A stretch of DNA of 53,318 nucleotides from a virus (taxonomy: Duplodnaviria > Caudoviricetes): positions 1 through 53,318 of the IMG/VR virus record IMGVR_UViG_3300043803_001519; one strand, given 5' to 3'. Positions within the stretch are counted from its first letter, which is position 1; every line of letters begins with the position of its first letter. Below the pieces are notes generated by a model. The model made no database searches and was not told the origin of the DNA. It saw only the letters and a program-made list of their open reading frames with translations. This document shows, piece by piece, positions 26,001 through 33,986 of the stretch. Made by a program: the position numbers and the translations under genes.

Positions 26001-29000
26001 GCTCTTGGCCCCGTCGGTCAGCGACACCACAATCGGCGCATCGGAGACGCCGCCGATGTCAGCAAGCTCGGCGATCATCTTGCCGAACTTGGTCACTGCG
26101 TCACCGAGCTTCGTCCTGTCGCCAGAGCGCTCGTCGAAGAAGTAGAGGCTCTGTCCGGAGTTCATGCGGATCTCGAGCGCCGGGACGATGCCCGCGGCGG
26201 CGTGCGCAGCAATGGTCTCCGACACCGACATCGTGCTGTCTGGTGACACCGCGACCAAGTCACCAAGATCCTTGGTCGTGGTCTCGCCAGTCTGGTTCGC
26301 GGTGTTCCGAAGCGTGCCCAGGACATTCAGCTCAGCAAACGCGGCGGCGTACTCGTTCGTGTAGCGCCGCTCGGCTCCGAGCGAAACGTACTGCGCCACG
26401 CCGTCCAGGAACTCGGCGAACGTGTCGTTGAGCTTGTACTTGGCCCGGACGCGCTGGTAGAAGTCGTAGAGCTTGTCGACGACGCGCTTGAAGAACGAGT
26501 CGACGGCGTTGCGGGTCTTGCGGTTCCGGTCGATGGCCCAGGACACAAGCTGGTCGGCTGCCCACTCCTCGAACCGGCCGCCAGTCTGCGAGCCACGCGG
26601 CGCAGCGGCACGGAGGCGGGCCTGCAGCTCGGGCGTCAGCTTGTTGAAGTAGATCTCGAAGACGGCGTGGCCGAGCTCGTGCGCGATCGCGCGGTAAGCC
26701 CGCTGCCGCGCGACCTCCGGCGAGACGCCCGCCTGGTTCTCGGACACCATCTTGTTCGACAGGTAGATGGTGATGCCGTGGATGGGGTGCATGAACACCC
26801 GGGCAGTGACGCTCGGGTCCGCGGCGGCCTGCTTGAGCAGCTCGCCGAACGGGTGGTCGTCGAACATCGCCGAATTGCGGATCGCCTCCGCGTCGAAGAT
26901 CTCCACGCGGTCCTTGAGGCCGAGGGTCTCGCGGAACACCTCGACCAGTTCGATGACGTCCTTCTGCGTCTGCTCGGACACGCTGTCGAGGCGGACGTAC
27001 GCGACCTGGTCGCGCTGCCCGCGGCGTACGCCGGGCTGCCGCTGGCTCGGCGCCTCGGTGCTCTCCCGGTTGCGGTCCGCCTCGGTGTTCTTGCCGCCGG
27101 CGAACTCGCTACCCGGCATGTCGATGGCCTGCTGGCCGTCGAGCGTGCGCGCATTCAGCTTGGGTTTCCGGACGTTGTCGAGGAACCGGTCTGGCTGGAG
27201 CGGCTGGGCGGCCTCGAAGTTGGCCTGTGCCGGCGACGTCCAGTCCGGCTGGACGAATGCGACGTCTTCGCGCTCAGGGATTCCGTTCTCGTCCAGCGCC
27301 CTGCCAGGGAGGTTGCGCGACTCAACCGCCTGCGGGGCCGAAGGCGTGAAGAACGGGTCCGCGCCACGGTCGAAGACCGGCGTGGTGTCGCGCTCGCCGA
27401 TCTCCTTCTTGGCGGCGCGCTTCTGCTTCTCGTACAGCTTGCCGTAGAACTCGTTCTGGGCCTTGAGCCCCTGGCCCTTCTTCGGAGCGTCAGAACGCGT
27501 ACCAAGAACGCCGCCAGACCCAGGCTCGCCGCGGAAGTCGGACGCCTTGTCCTCTTCCGACTGCTCCTCATCGAAGCCGAGCGGCTGGCCGTCGCGCGAC
27601 CTGTTGCGCGCCTCCATCGTCTCCTTGCGGAGCTCGCCGTAGGTGTATGGCTTCTTGTTGCGGTCGACGCGAATGACGACGGCATCGAGGTCCGCAGCCG
27701 TAAGCGCGCCGTCCTTGCCGGAGCCGCGGATCGCCGGGGCAGAGGCCGAGCCAGTCTCGAGCATGCGGGCGACCGCGGTCTCGAAACCGATGACCGCGCG
27801 CTCAGTCGGATCCTCGGTCTGGAAGACGCCGCCTTCGGCCTCATAGATCCGTGCGCCAGCCTCGGCGAACTGCTTGGCGTCCAGGCGAGAGGCCTTCTCG
27901 CGACCGGGCCAGCGAACGCGGATGATCTCGGCGGGGTTGTCGAAGTCGCGCGCGCTAAGCCGGGCAGACTCGAACCCTTCGTAGAGCTTGAGCCGGGCGG
28001 ACGTGGCCTCGTTCTGCATCGCATCGAGGATGGCGACGTAGAACTTGCCGCCTTCCTCCTGGATGTCGAATGCCGACTCGTCGAGGTCGAAGAAGATCTC
28101 ACGGAGGTCGGCGAGCGCCTTCTCCGCCTGCAGGCGCGTGTTGAACGGAATGGCCTGGCTCGTCTTGCCGTCCCGGCTGAACTTGTCAACGATCGTCCGC
28201 TTCTCGCCCTCGATCCGTTCCTTCGCCTGCTCGGTCCTGTTCTTGACGCGGCGCCCGGCGGTTTTGAGCACATCCACCGGCGACATGCCGAAGCGCTGGC
28301 GCGTGAGCTGCTCGCGGGCCTCGACCTCGTTCAGGAGCTTCCCGCTCTCGAAGTCGTTGCGTGCCATCCGTGACTCGGCATCCAGCGTGGAGTCCTGCTG
28401 GCGCTCGTAGTCCTGGTCGTCCTCGAAATCGTCCGGCCCCATGTCCTTTACGGTCGGGTCACTCAGTGGCGCGGTGTCGAGGTACTTGGCGAGCTGGTCG
28501 GAGTACTTCTTGACGAGCGGCGACACAGTCTCCTGGCGGAACTGGTCCACACGCGCGCGGAAGGTCTTGTTGATCTCGTCGAGGCGAGCCTGCTGCTGGT
28601 CAGCAGGGAGCGCCGCTACCTCTTCGAGCGCCGCGTCGAGCTCCTTGCGAAGGATAGCTGCGAACTCGAGGCCAGGGGTAGCGAGCTCCTGTCCGAGCAT
28701 CTCGGACATGGTCCCGACAGACGTGAGGATGGCCTTGATGTCTTCCTCTGGGAGGATGCCGCCAAAGAGCTTGTCCGCCTCGCGGGCAATGCGTTCGGCT
28801 TCGTCGATCGGCCCCTTGATGTCGGCGTCAATCGCGCCAGAGAAGTAGTTACCGAGGTCCGTGCGGAGCGCGTCCGCAGCGCTCGGCGGCGTCGCGAACG
28901 GATCGGCTGGGCCTGCCGTCGGCGCTGCGGCGCCGCCGACTGCGCTGCCAACCGCCGTCGCGGTCTGCGACATCGGCTGAATGGACATCTCGCGGAGGCG

Positions 29001-30074
29001 GTCCATGAACTTCGCCTTGCGCTCCTTGGCCGCGGCCCAGGCCTGCGTCGCCCGGCCGCCGGCAGCCTGGCTCAGTGCCCGCGGGCCGTCGGCCAGGACG
29101 GTGCTACCGCCGCCCATGACGGCACCGACCAGTGCGCCGGCCGCCGCGGCCTCGAGGATCCGGTCCTTGTTGGCAGGGTCACCGATGTCGAACGACGGGT
29201 CTGCAAACGCCCGCGCGGCGAGCAGCGTGGTCTCCTGCAGGCCCTCGGTGATACCCTCGGCGGGAATGCCCTTGCCGGCCGCCAGGGCGGCTTCCTGGAT
29301 GAAGCTGCGCGCGAGCTTCGGCTCGACGCCCGGGAAGAACTTGCTGATGAACATCATGCCCGGCACGGTGTCGAGCGCGCCCATCGTGAGGCCGGCCGCG
29401 AGGGCCGTGCCCGGGGCGCTGACGCCGGCGTCCATGAGCTCGCCCTGGGCCTCGCCGGTACCGAGTGCCGATGACGACGCGAAGAGGTCGCGCCCCGTCC
29501 GGCGCTGGACGGCCTGGGCCATCTGCCGCTGGACGAGCGGGTCGGCCATCATCTTGCGCACGGTCGCCTGGACTGCGTCCTCGGAGGCAGCCGGCCAGAA
29601 CGCCTTGGTGGCAGCTTCCGCCTCGGCGAACACCGAGCGGCGGAGACCCTGCTCGAAGACGCGGCGGGTGATGGCCGCACCGACGCCGGCCTGGGCGCCG
29701 AGACCGATGATGTACGGCGTCGTCTCGCCGAGCGTGCTGGCGCTCCACTTGAAGAAGTCGCCAACGCTGTTGATGTCGTCGAGGCCACTGACCGCAGCGG
29801 GGTTCCTGGCCATGTCCTCCGACTGCTGCTCCCGCCCGCGCATAGCGGTAGCGCGCGCCGCGGTGTTGCCGGTCAGGTCGCCGACCAGGCCAAGTAGACC
29901 ATACCCGAGGTCCTGGACCTGGTCTACGCCGCGGCTTGCACCGCTGACAAACTCGCCGCCGACGCCCGACGGCTGCGCGCGGTCAAGCCACCCGCTGGGG
30001 GCGCTGCGGACGCTGCTGGCGAGGCCAAGGTCGGCCGAAGGGACCGAGCGTACGTCGAACGGATCAGTAGCCAT
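23028..30074 (-). CDS. Giant internal virion/ejection protein (2348 aa) with two zincin-like domains
   Basis: Ala/Gly-rich N-terminus with EGITEGLQE motif; AHELGH...FEEWAAD and GHELGH...VEEWAAT; position after the tail genes. Confidence 0.75.
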   Translation of the reverse strand: MATDPFDVRSVPSADLGLASSVRSAPSGWLDRAQPSGVGGEFVSGASRGVDQVQDLGYGLLGLVGDLTGNTAARATAMRGREQQSEDMARNPAAVSGLDDINSVGDFFKWSASTLGETTPYIIGLGAQAGVGAAITRRVFEQGLRRSVFAEAEAATKAFWPAASEDAVQATVRKMMADPLVQRQMAQAVQRRTGRDLFASSSALGTGEAQGELMDAGVSAPGTALAAGLTMGALDTVPGMMFISKFFPGVEPKLARSFIQEAALAAGKGIPAEGITEGLQETTLLAARAFADPSFDIGDPANKDRILEAAAAGALVGAVMGGGSTVLADGPRALSQAAGGRATQAWAAAKERKAKFMDRLREMSIQPMSQTATAVGSAVGGAAAPTAGPADPFATPPSAADALRTDLGNYFSGAIDADIKGPIDEAERIAREADKLFGGILPEEDIKAILTSVGTMSEMLGQELATPGLEFAAILRKELDAALEEVAALPADQQQARLDEINKTFRARVDQFRQETVSPLVKKYSDQLAKYLDTAPLSDPTVKDMGPDDFEDDQDYERQQDSTLDAESRMARNDFESGKLLNEVEAREQLTRQRFGMSPVDVLKTAGRRVKNRTEQAKERIEGEKRTIVDKFSRDGKTSQAIPFNTRLQAEKALADLREIFFDLDESAFDIQEEGGKFYVAILDAMQNEATSARLKLYEGFESARLSARDFDNPAEIIRVRWPGREKASRLDAKQFAEAGARIYEAEGGVFQTEDPTERAVIGFETAVARMLETGSASAPAIRGSGKDGALTAADLDAVVIRVDRNKKPYTYGELRKETMEARNRSRDGQPLGFDEEQSEEDKASDFRGEPGSGGVLGTRSDAPKKGQGLKAQNEFYGKLYEKQKRAAKKEIGERDTTPVFDRGADPFFTPSAPQAVESRNLPGRALDENGIPEREDVAFVQPDWTSPAQANFEAAQPLQPDRFLDNVRKPKLNARTLDGQQAIDMPGSEFAGGKNTEADRNRESTEAPSQRQPGVRRGQRDQVAYVRLDSVSEQTQKDVIELVEVFRETLGLKDRVEIFDAEAIRNSAMFDDHPFGELLKQAAADPSVTARVFMHPIHGITIYLSNKMVSENQAGVSPEVARQRAYRAIAHELGHAVFEIYFNKLTPELQARLRAAAPRGSQTGGRFEEWAADQLVSWAIDRNRKTRNAVDSFFKRVVDKLYDFYQRVRAKYKLNDTFAEFLDGVAQYVSLGAERRYTNEYAAAFAELNVLGTLRNTANQTGETTTKDLGDLVAVSPDSTMSVSETIAAHAAAGIVPALEIRMNSGQSLYFFDERSGDRTKLGDAVTKFGKMIAELADIGGVSDAPIVVSLTDGAKSARGPMSKTGTEYGAVLVLNDGIYITLPKNLLEIDEFGGPGGRAAMVVGHELGHVVFRKYFSSAPLAVRAALVRDALADIYSGKAGVTVPSRFRIFGPTFEAYRDELDAAAARDGIDPKTQSPVEALGRSDAYFGALVRVVEEWAATQFISTVASEGSKAPAATPETEKFFASLGSVMRKIYDALARFFRPSEAYGEFLRSALMGQKRPPGTVDSNSRGKLAITQAFIELVANQKADVPGAPQWLIEGARESAPALLELAQQIATTVRLSQLRGGAPRPRKGQKGYDAKVRQRYAERTLRRIKRKLDASPTIAYGEKLGMDLFDQTFATVAGQLRRIPGGDKLADIFFRIRGQISGNDKPTFYNRMQRFRSELIADGIKIFKDVPEAEINAAFEELWKLTTGRQAPAQVSPLAQKILDFYQAAYGKGRKSGLPLIFRRNYIPLMWGEKQKLLDDRTKIVAHLAANYITPSSPTAQLTAAERTEAAEKLFDSLVSGAPEQINFNPGVNDKIDTPSGRFFNKRHKMLSDAFFKPYIEQNPRVSMIRYIHALSNAAVFNEYFGEEAIRNSPEERQQTGEVYKNWNPRAKLMSMLNDMGQAGATAAQIRRTKDLVDAALGRYGRDFPPNVRTAMGWVLTYQNMRTLLFGTLSSFPDIIGPAIRANNMQLAWKSLKAGIKDVANRNSDFNQLARIYGIYTDEFQNHILSYDYDNHWFSPMARNINDKMFTAIQLHRWTNFTRSVGMRVGLDFIAERAAKAVQGDPVAIHDLQQLNLSVEEATAWLQGGRQLPGESTYSQADPAIAAADNKVVDALIQFVNESVMRPDPSQRPLWASHPAAMLIFHLHQFMYLFQNTIMGQMFANAKAAGLGWQGAMKLAGPAMMMMLMTAIGLELRELFQYRLWGAKTPTDDQDALAYLGNLAQRTGFLGIGQYAMDFFEASERGNNGFIGLLGPTVEQVNGWVADPASTSLVRAVPILNQLPPARRAVGATLAGG

Positions 30075-30077
30075 AGG

Positions 30078-32123
30078 TTACGGAGGCAGTACCATCGCGC
30101 GGTTGGCGGTCGTCTGAGTCTGGCGCTCCAGTTCGTCGGCAAGAGCCTTCTCGCCCAGCATGGCTACCCGGTACATCTCCGGCGTGGCCTGTACCTCGCC
30201 ACGCATGATCTGCTGCCGGAGCTCGCGCACCATCTCGGGGCTCTGCTGAGTCCGCGGGACTTCGATTCGTGCGGTAGCGCCATCGCCGGAATTGTAGTTG
30301 ACCAGGTTGGTATCGCCGGTCGAACCGATCTCGCCACCAGTCCAGCGCCTCCAGAAGAACCGGTTATCCTCGACGCGCTTGTACTTAAGCCAGCGTGCTG
30401 CGTTAGTGACTACGGTGGCCAACTTGGTCGGGTCGGCGGTACTGAGATCGCTCAGGTCGATGCCATAGGCAGCCTGGATCATGTCGGCGTTGTTCCGCAG
30501 GGTCGCGAGGACATCAGTCCGATCATTGGTGATGTCGCCGTTGATTGGATTCGCTGCGACGATCTGGTCGACCATGTCGAGGCGCTCTTTTGGCCACTCC
30601 TCCATGATCTTGCGGCGCTTGCCTTCGTCGATCAGCGGCCGCCCCGTCACGAGGTTACGGATCGGCGCCCAAGTGGTGCCGTAGCGCACGCCCATCATGC
30701 CGTCGCTTGTGGAGAGCTCGACGCCCTTCTCGGGGTCCGGGGGCGCGTACTGCTTCGCGAGCGCCGTGATGGCCGCCGCGGGGACGCCGTTGGCCATGGC
30801 GATGCCGAGGGCCTGCATCTGCCGATTGTTGAAGGTCTCGGCGTCTACGGGCAGCCGCGAGACCGTCGTCACCGCGCTGCGCACGGCGCCCGGCTCGGCG
30901 TACGGATACGGCGAGTCCTGGGACATAGCGACCTGGGCGACGGTCTCGAGGAACCTCGGGCTGCGCGCGTCGAAGGTGCCCGGCGCGACGGCGAGCGCAC
31001 GGATCTCCGTGAGCTCGGTGATCGGGGTCTTGGCTGCGTTCGCGAGGACCGCAGTCGACACGTCGAGCTCGCGACGCGCCGTCCTGAACTCGGGGTCCTT
31101 CGGGTCAAGGCCGCGCAGCTTGGTCGCAGCGGCCTCTGCGGTCTGCCGGGCGTACTTCGCTACGAACGGGTCCGAGACCTTCCGGGCGTCGTCACTCAGT
31201 GAGGCGCGGACGGCTCCGTAATTCCGTACCATCTTGTATGGGTTGGCCTCGAAGTCAGCCCGATACTTCTCGAAGCCCTTGTCATTGCGCGCGACGCCAG
31301 GCCAGAACTGTTCCTGCGTGACCGCGTCGCGCCGCATCCCATCCCGCCCGCGGGTGTCAGCGTAGAGCGGTACGCCGACAGCAGGGGCGCTGGGGTTGGA
31401 GGAGAGGCCGGCGAGGACCGACGAAAGCGCCGGTCGGTCAGGGACCGCCTCTGGGCCGGCGTAGCCGAGCGGGGCCGGCGGCTCCATAAGGTCGGGGTTA
31501 GGGCCAGGCAGTGCGTCGTAGTCAGCGCCGTTCGCGGGCGACATGACCAGCTCTGTCTTCGTCGGCGGCCTCGGCGCCTGGGGCAGCGCGGCCGGGCCAG
31601 CGGCAGCGGCGTCCGCCTCCCCGCTCAGGACACGGCGCGCCTGCTCGAAGCCGTCGAGCATCCGCTGCCGCTCCGCTGCCGCGGCGACGCGGGCCCGCCC
31701 TTCGGCCGCGACGCGCTGACGCTCGGCGATGTCCTGGTTGAGGAAGTTCGCGAGCGTCGGGTTGGTCGCCGCGCGCTGCATGAAGAACTCGCGGTCCGTC
31801 GGCGCAAGGGCGTCGAGCTTGAAGCCGGTGTCGGCGAGCTTGCCGAACGCGTAGCGGTCCTGGTAGATGTCCGCCAGACCTTGGCTGCGGATGTTCCGGC
31901 GCTCGTTAATCTCCTCGCGATTGAGCTCGTCGATCTCCCGCTGGCGAGCCTGGTCGATCTCGTAGCGCCGGTTGTTCTCGGCGTCGAGACGGCCGATGCG
32001 CGCCGTCTCGCGCTCCTGCAAGTCGATCTGCCGTCGACGCTGGAACAGCGTGTCGACGAACCCGTAGCCGGCCAGGAGCCCGCTTGAGAATGCGTTAGCC
32101 CGAAGGCCGCTGATCCCGCTCAT
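30078..32123 (-). CDS. Putative ejection/internal virion protein
   Basis: N-terminal FSSGLLAGYG followed by a charged coiled coil; position. Confidence 0.6.
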   Translation of the reverse strand: MSGISGLRANAFSSGLLAGYGFVDTLFQRRRQIDLQERETARIGRLDAENNRRYEIDQARQREIDELNREEINERRNIRSQGLADIYQDRYAFGKLADTGFKLDALAPTDREFFMQRAATNPTLANFLNQDIAERQRVAAEGRARVAAAAERQRMLDGFEQARRVLSGEADAAAAGPAALPQAPRPPTKTELVMSPANGADYDALPGPNPDLMEPPAPLGYAGPEAVPDRPALSSVLAGLSSNPSAPAVGVPLYADTRGRDGMRRDAVTQEQFWPGVARNDKGFEKYRADFEANPYKMVRNYGAVRASLSDDARKVSDPFVAKYARQTAEAAATKLRGLDPKDPEFRTARRELDVSTAVLANAAKTPITELTEIRALAVAPGTFDARSPRFLETVAQVAMSQDSPYPYAEPGAVRSAVTTVSRLPVDAETFNNRQMQALGIAMANGVPAAAITALAKQYAPPDPEKGVELSTSDGMMGVRYGTTWAPIRNLVTGRPLIDEGKRRKIMEEWPKERLDMVDQIVAANPINGDITNDRTDVLATLRNNADMIQAAYGIDLSDLSTADPTKLATVVTNAARWLKYKRVEDNRFFWRRWTGGEIGSTGDTNLVNYNSGDGATARIEVPRTQQSPEMVRELRQQIMRGEVQATPEMYRVAMLGEKALADELERQTQTTANRAMVLPP

Positions 32124-33129
32124 CCTGCAACCTCTTCACTTCGGCCGTCAGCTCCTTGACCGCCGCAAACAGAACACCGAGCGCGTCGACATAGTGGATG
32201 ACGCCCTCGCCACTAAGCTCGAACGTCTCGTTGAAGTCTTCCGCGTACGGGCCGACATGCACAGCGTCATCGCCCTTGTACTGCCAGCGATCGACGTCAA
32301 GACTCGCGATCTTGTCGAGCACTCCCGGCTCAATCGGGCCGATTGTATCCTTGATGGCGCGGCTGCTGGCAGCGATCGCCGACCCGATGCTGATGGCAGC
32401 GCCGACGCCAGTCCCGATCGCACCCTGCTTGCCGGCGCTGTTGGCGGCGTCCTTCTGCTTGTCGCGGAGATCGCGGCTGATGATCGAGTTGACCTGCGAG
32501 CCGAGCTGGTCGTAGGCGATCTGGTCGAACTGGTCGGCGTAGCTGAGCCCCGCCGCCTGGGCAGTGCGGTTGCGCTCGAGCGCGCCGCGGATGCCGGTGT
32601 TGCGGGCGCCGACCTGGGCGGCGGTCTGGCCCAGCGCGGCGATACGGCGGAGGCCCGCGCTCGGGTCCTCGACCGTACCGCTGCGGCCGGACATGCCGCG
32701 CAGCGTGTCGGCCATCTGGGTCTTGGTCAGCCCGGCCGCGTCGGCGTCGCGGATGCGGGCCTTCTGGATGAGCGCATCCAGAGTGAGCGGCCGGCCCTCA
32801 TCGAGGGCCAGCCGCTCGATTTCGCCGTACCCGTCACGGTTGAACCGCTGGATGTTGTCCAGGGAGAAGTTCCGGAGGGTGGCGCCGGCCAGGGGATTGC
32901 CCTTGTCGTCGAAGGCACGGCGGATGTCGTCGCCCGAATCCCAACGGCCGTAGGCTGCCGGATCACCCCCTTCCGCGTAAGTCGACAGATTCCGAAGTCC
33001 GTACCGCCCGGTTCGCTCGACCGGGAGCGGCTGCACAGTGCGGCGAGTGCCGTTTGCGGCCGCGTCGAACGCCGCCCCCTGCCCGCGCTGAAGGGTCCGC
33101 CCGACGATTCCTGCAAGTCCAGCGAGCAT
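32095..33129 (-). CDS. Putative ejection/pilot protein with C-terminal peptidase S74 (intramolecular chaperone) domain
   Basis: GAIGTGVGAAISIG hydrophobic segment, then SSRAIKDTI...WQYK...HVGPYAEDF...AVKEL coiled coil. ATG at 33129. Confidence 0.7.
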   Translation of the reverse strand: MLAGLAGIVGRTLQRGQGAAFDAAANGTRRTVQPLPVERTGRYGLRNLSTYAEGGDPAAYGRWDSGDDIRRAFDDKGNPLAGATLRNFSLDNIQRFNRDGYGEIERLALDEGRPLTLDALIQKARIRDADAAGLTKTQMADTLRGMSGRSGTVEDPSAGLRRIAALGQTAAQVGARNTGIRGALERNRTAQAAGLSYADQFDQIAYDQLGSQVNSIISRDLRDKQKDAANSAGKQGAIGTGVGAAISIGSAIAASSRAIKDTIGPIEPGVLDKIASLDVDRWQYKGDDAVHVGPYAEDFNETFELSGEGVIHYVDALGVLFAAVKELTAEVKRLQDERDQRPSG

Positions 33130-33131
33130 GA

Positions 33132-33947
33132 TTACGGCCCAATCTTGGTATTGGCGACGATGCTGCCAGCCGACGGGCCGATCGTCGACGAGCCAGCGCT
33201 GGCAATCGCGCCCGGCGCGGTCGGCGTCGGTGTGCGGTTCATCCACAGGTTAGCGGCGCCACCCAGGCCTATGCCGGCCAGGCCGCCGATGAAGTTGGCC
33301 TTGTTGACGTCGCGGAACTGGTTGACCGCGTCCATGCCGCCCTGGTAGCCGGACAGCATCTCGTTGAACTTGGCGACGCTACGCAGTCCCGTAGCCTGCA
33401 TGCCACGGCCGGCCTGGGCCGCCTGCATGCGCGCCTGGAGCAGGTTCATCTTGCCGGCGTCGCTCGTGGCCATGGCGATCCGGGAGAGGGCCTTGACGCG
33501 GCTCATGCCGCCGGCGAGCTCGTCTTCGGGGCGCACGGCGTTGTTGCCGGTGCCGGCGGGGCGGAGGCCAGCGATCTTGGCCTCGGTCTGCCCGGCGTTG
33601 ACGGCCGCCTGGGTCTCGGCGTCGTTGCCGTAGAGCATCCGCCGGAGGTGCTCCGAGCGGGCGTCGCGGGCCATCGACCCGCTGCGGTAGATCTGGTCGG
33701 CCGCGGCCCGAAGGTCGCCCTCGAGGAGGAAGTACGGGTTGCCCGCGTTATTCCATTCCTTCTCGGTGAGGCGCTCCGGGTTTGGATTCGTACGCGTGCC
33801 GAGCACCCCACCGACCATGCGGGTGAAAACGCCCCCCCGGTTCTTGGGCATCTCCAATGTCATTGACGGGAGCGGCTCGGGCGTGAAAACGCCCCCCCGG
33901 TTCTTGGGGATCTCCAATGTCATTGACGGGAGCGGTTTGGATGCCAT
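33132..33947 (-). CDS. Putative ejection/pilot protein
   Basis: Ala/Gly/Gln-rich helical protein with C-terminal FIGGLAGIGLGG. Confidence 0.55.
   Translation of the reverse strand: MASKPLPSMTLEIPKNRGGVFTPEPLPSMTLEMPKNRGGVFTRMVGGVLGTRTNPNPERLTEKEWNNAGNPYFLLEGDLRAAADQIYRSGSMARDARSEHLRRMLYGNDAETQAAVNAGQTEAKIAGLRPAGTGNNAVRPEDELAGGMSRVKALSRIAMATSDAGKMNLLQARMQAAQAGRGMQATGLRSVAKFNEMLSGYQGGMDAVNQFRDVNKANFIGGLAGIGLGGAANLWMNRTPTPTAPGAIASAGSSTIGPSAGSIVANTKIGP
33823..33935. repeat. Direct tandem repeat, 60-nt period (53-nt units, 1 mismatch)
   Basis: GTGAAAACGCCCCCCCGGTTCTTGGG(C/G)ATCTCCAATGTCATTGACGGGAGCGG at 33823 and 33883; encodes PLPSMTLE(I/M)PKNRGGVFT twice. Confidence 0.95.
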
Positions 33948-33986
33948 AGGTCCGCAACCTACTGCCTGGGCGCTGGGGCTGCCCTG

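Noticed and set aside
33823-33935. Possible CRISPR-like repeat
   Set aside because: Only two units, a 7-nt spacer, in frame within a CDS, and no cas operon.
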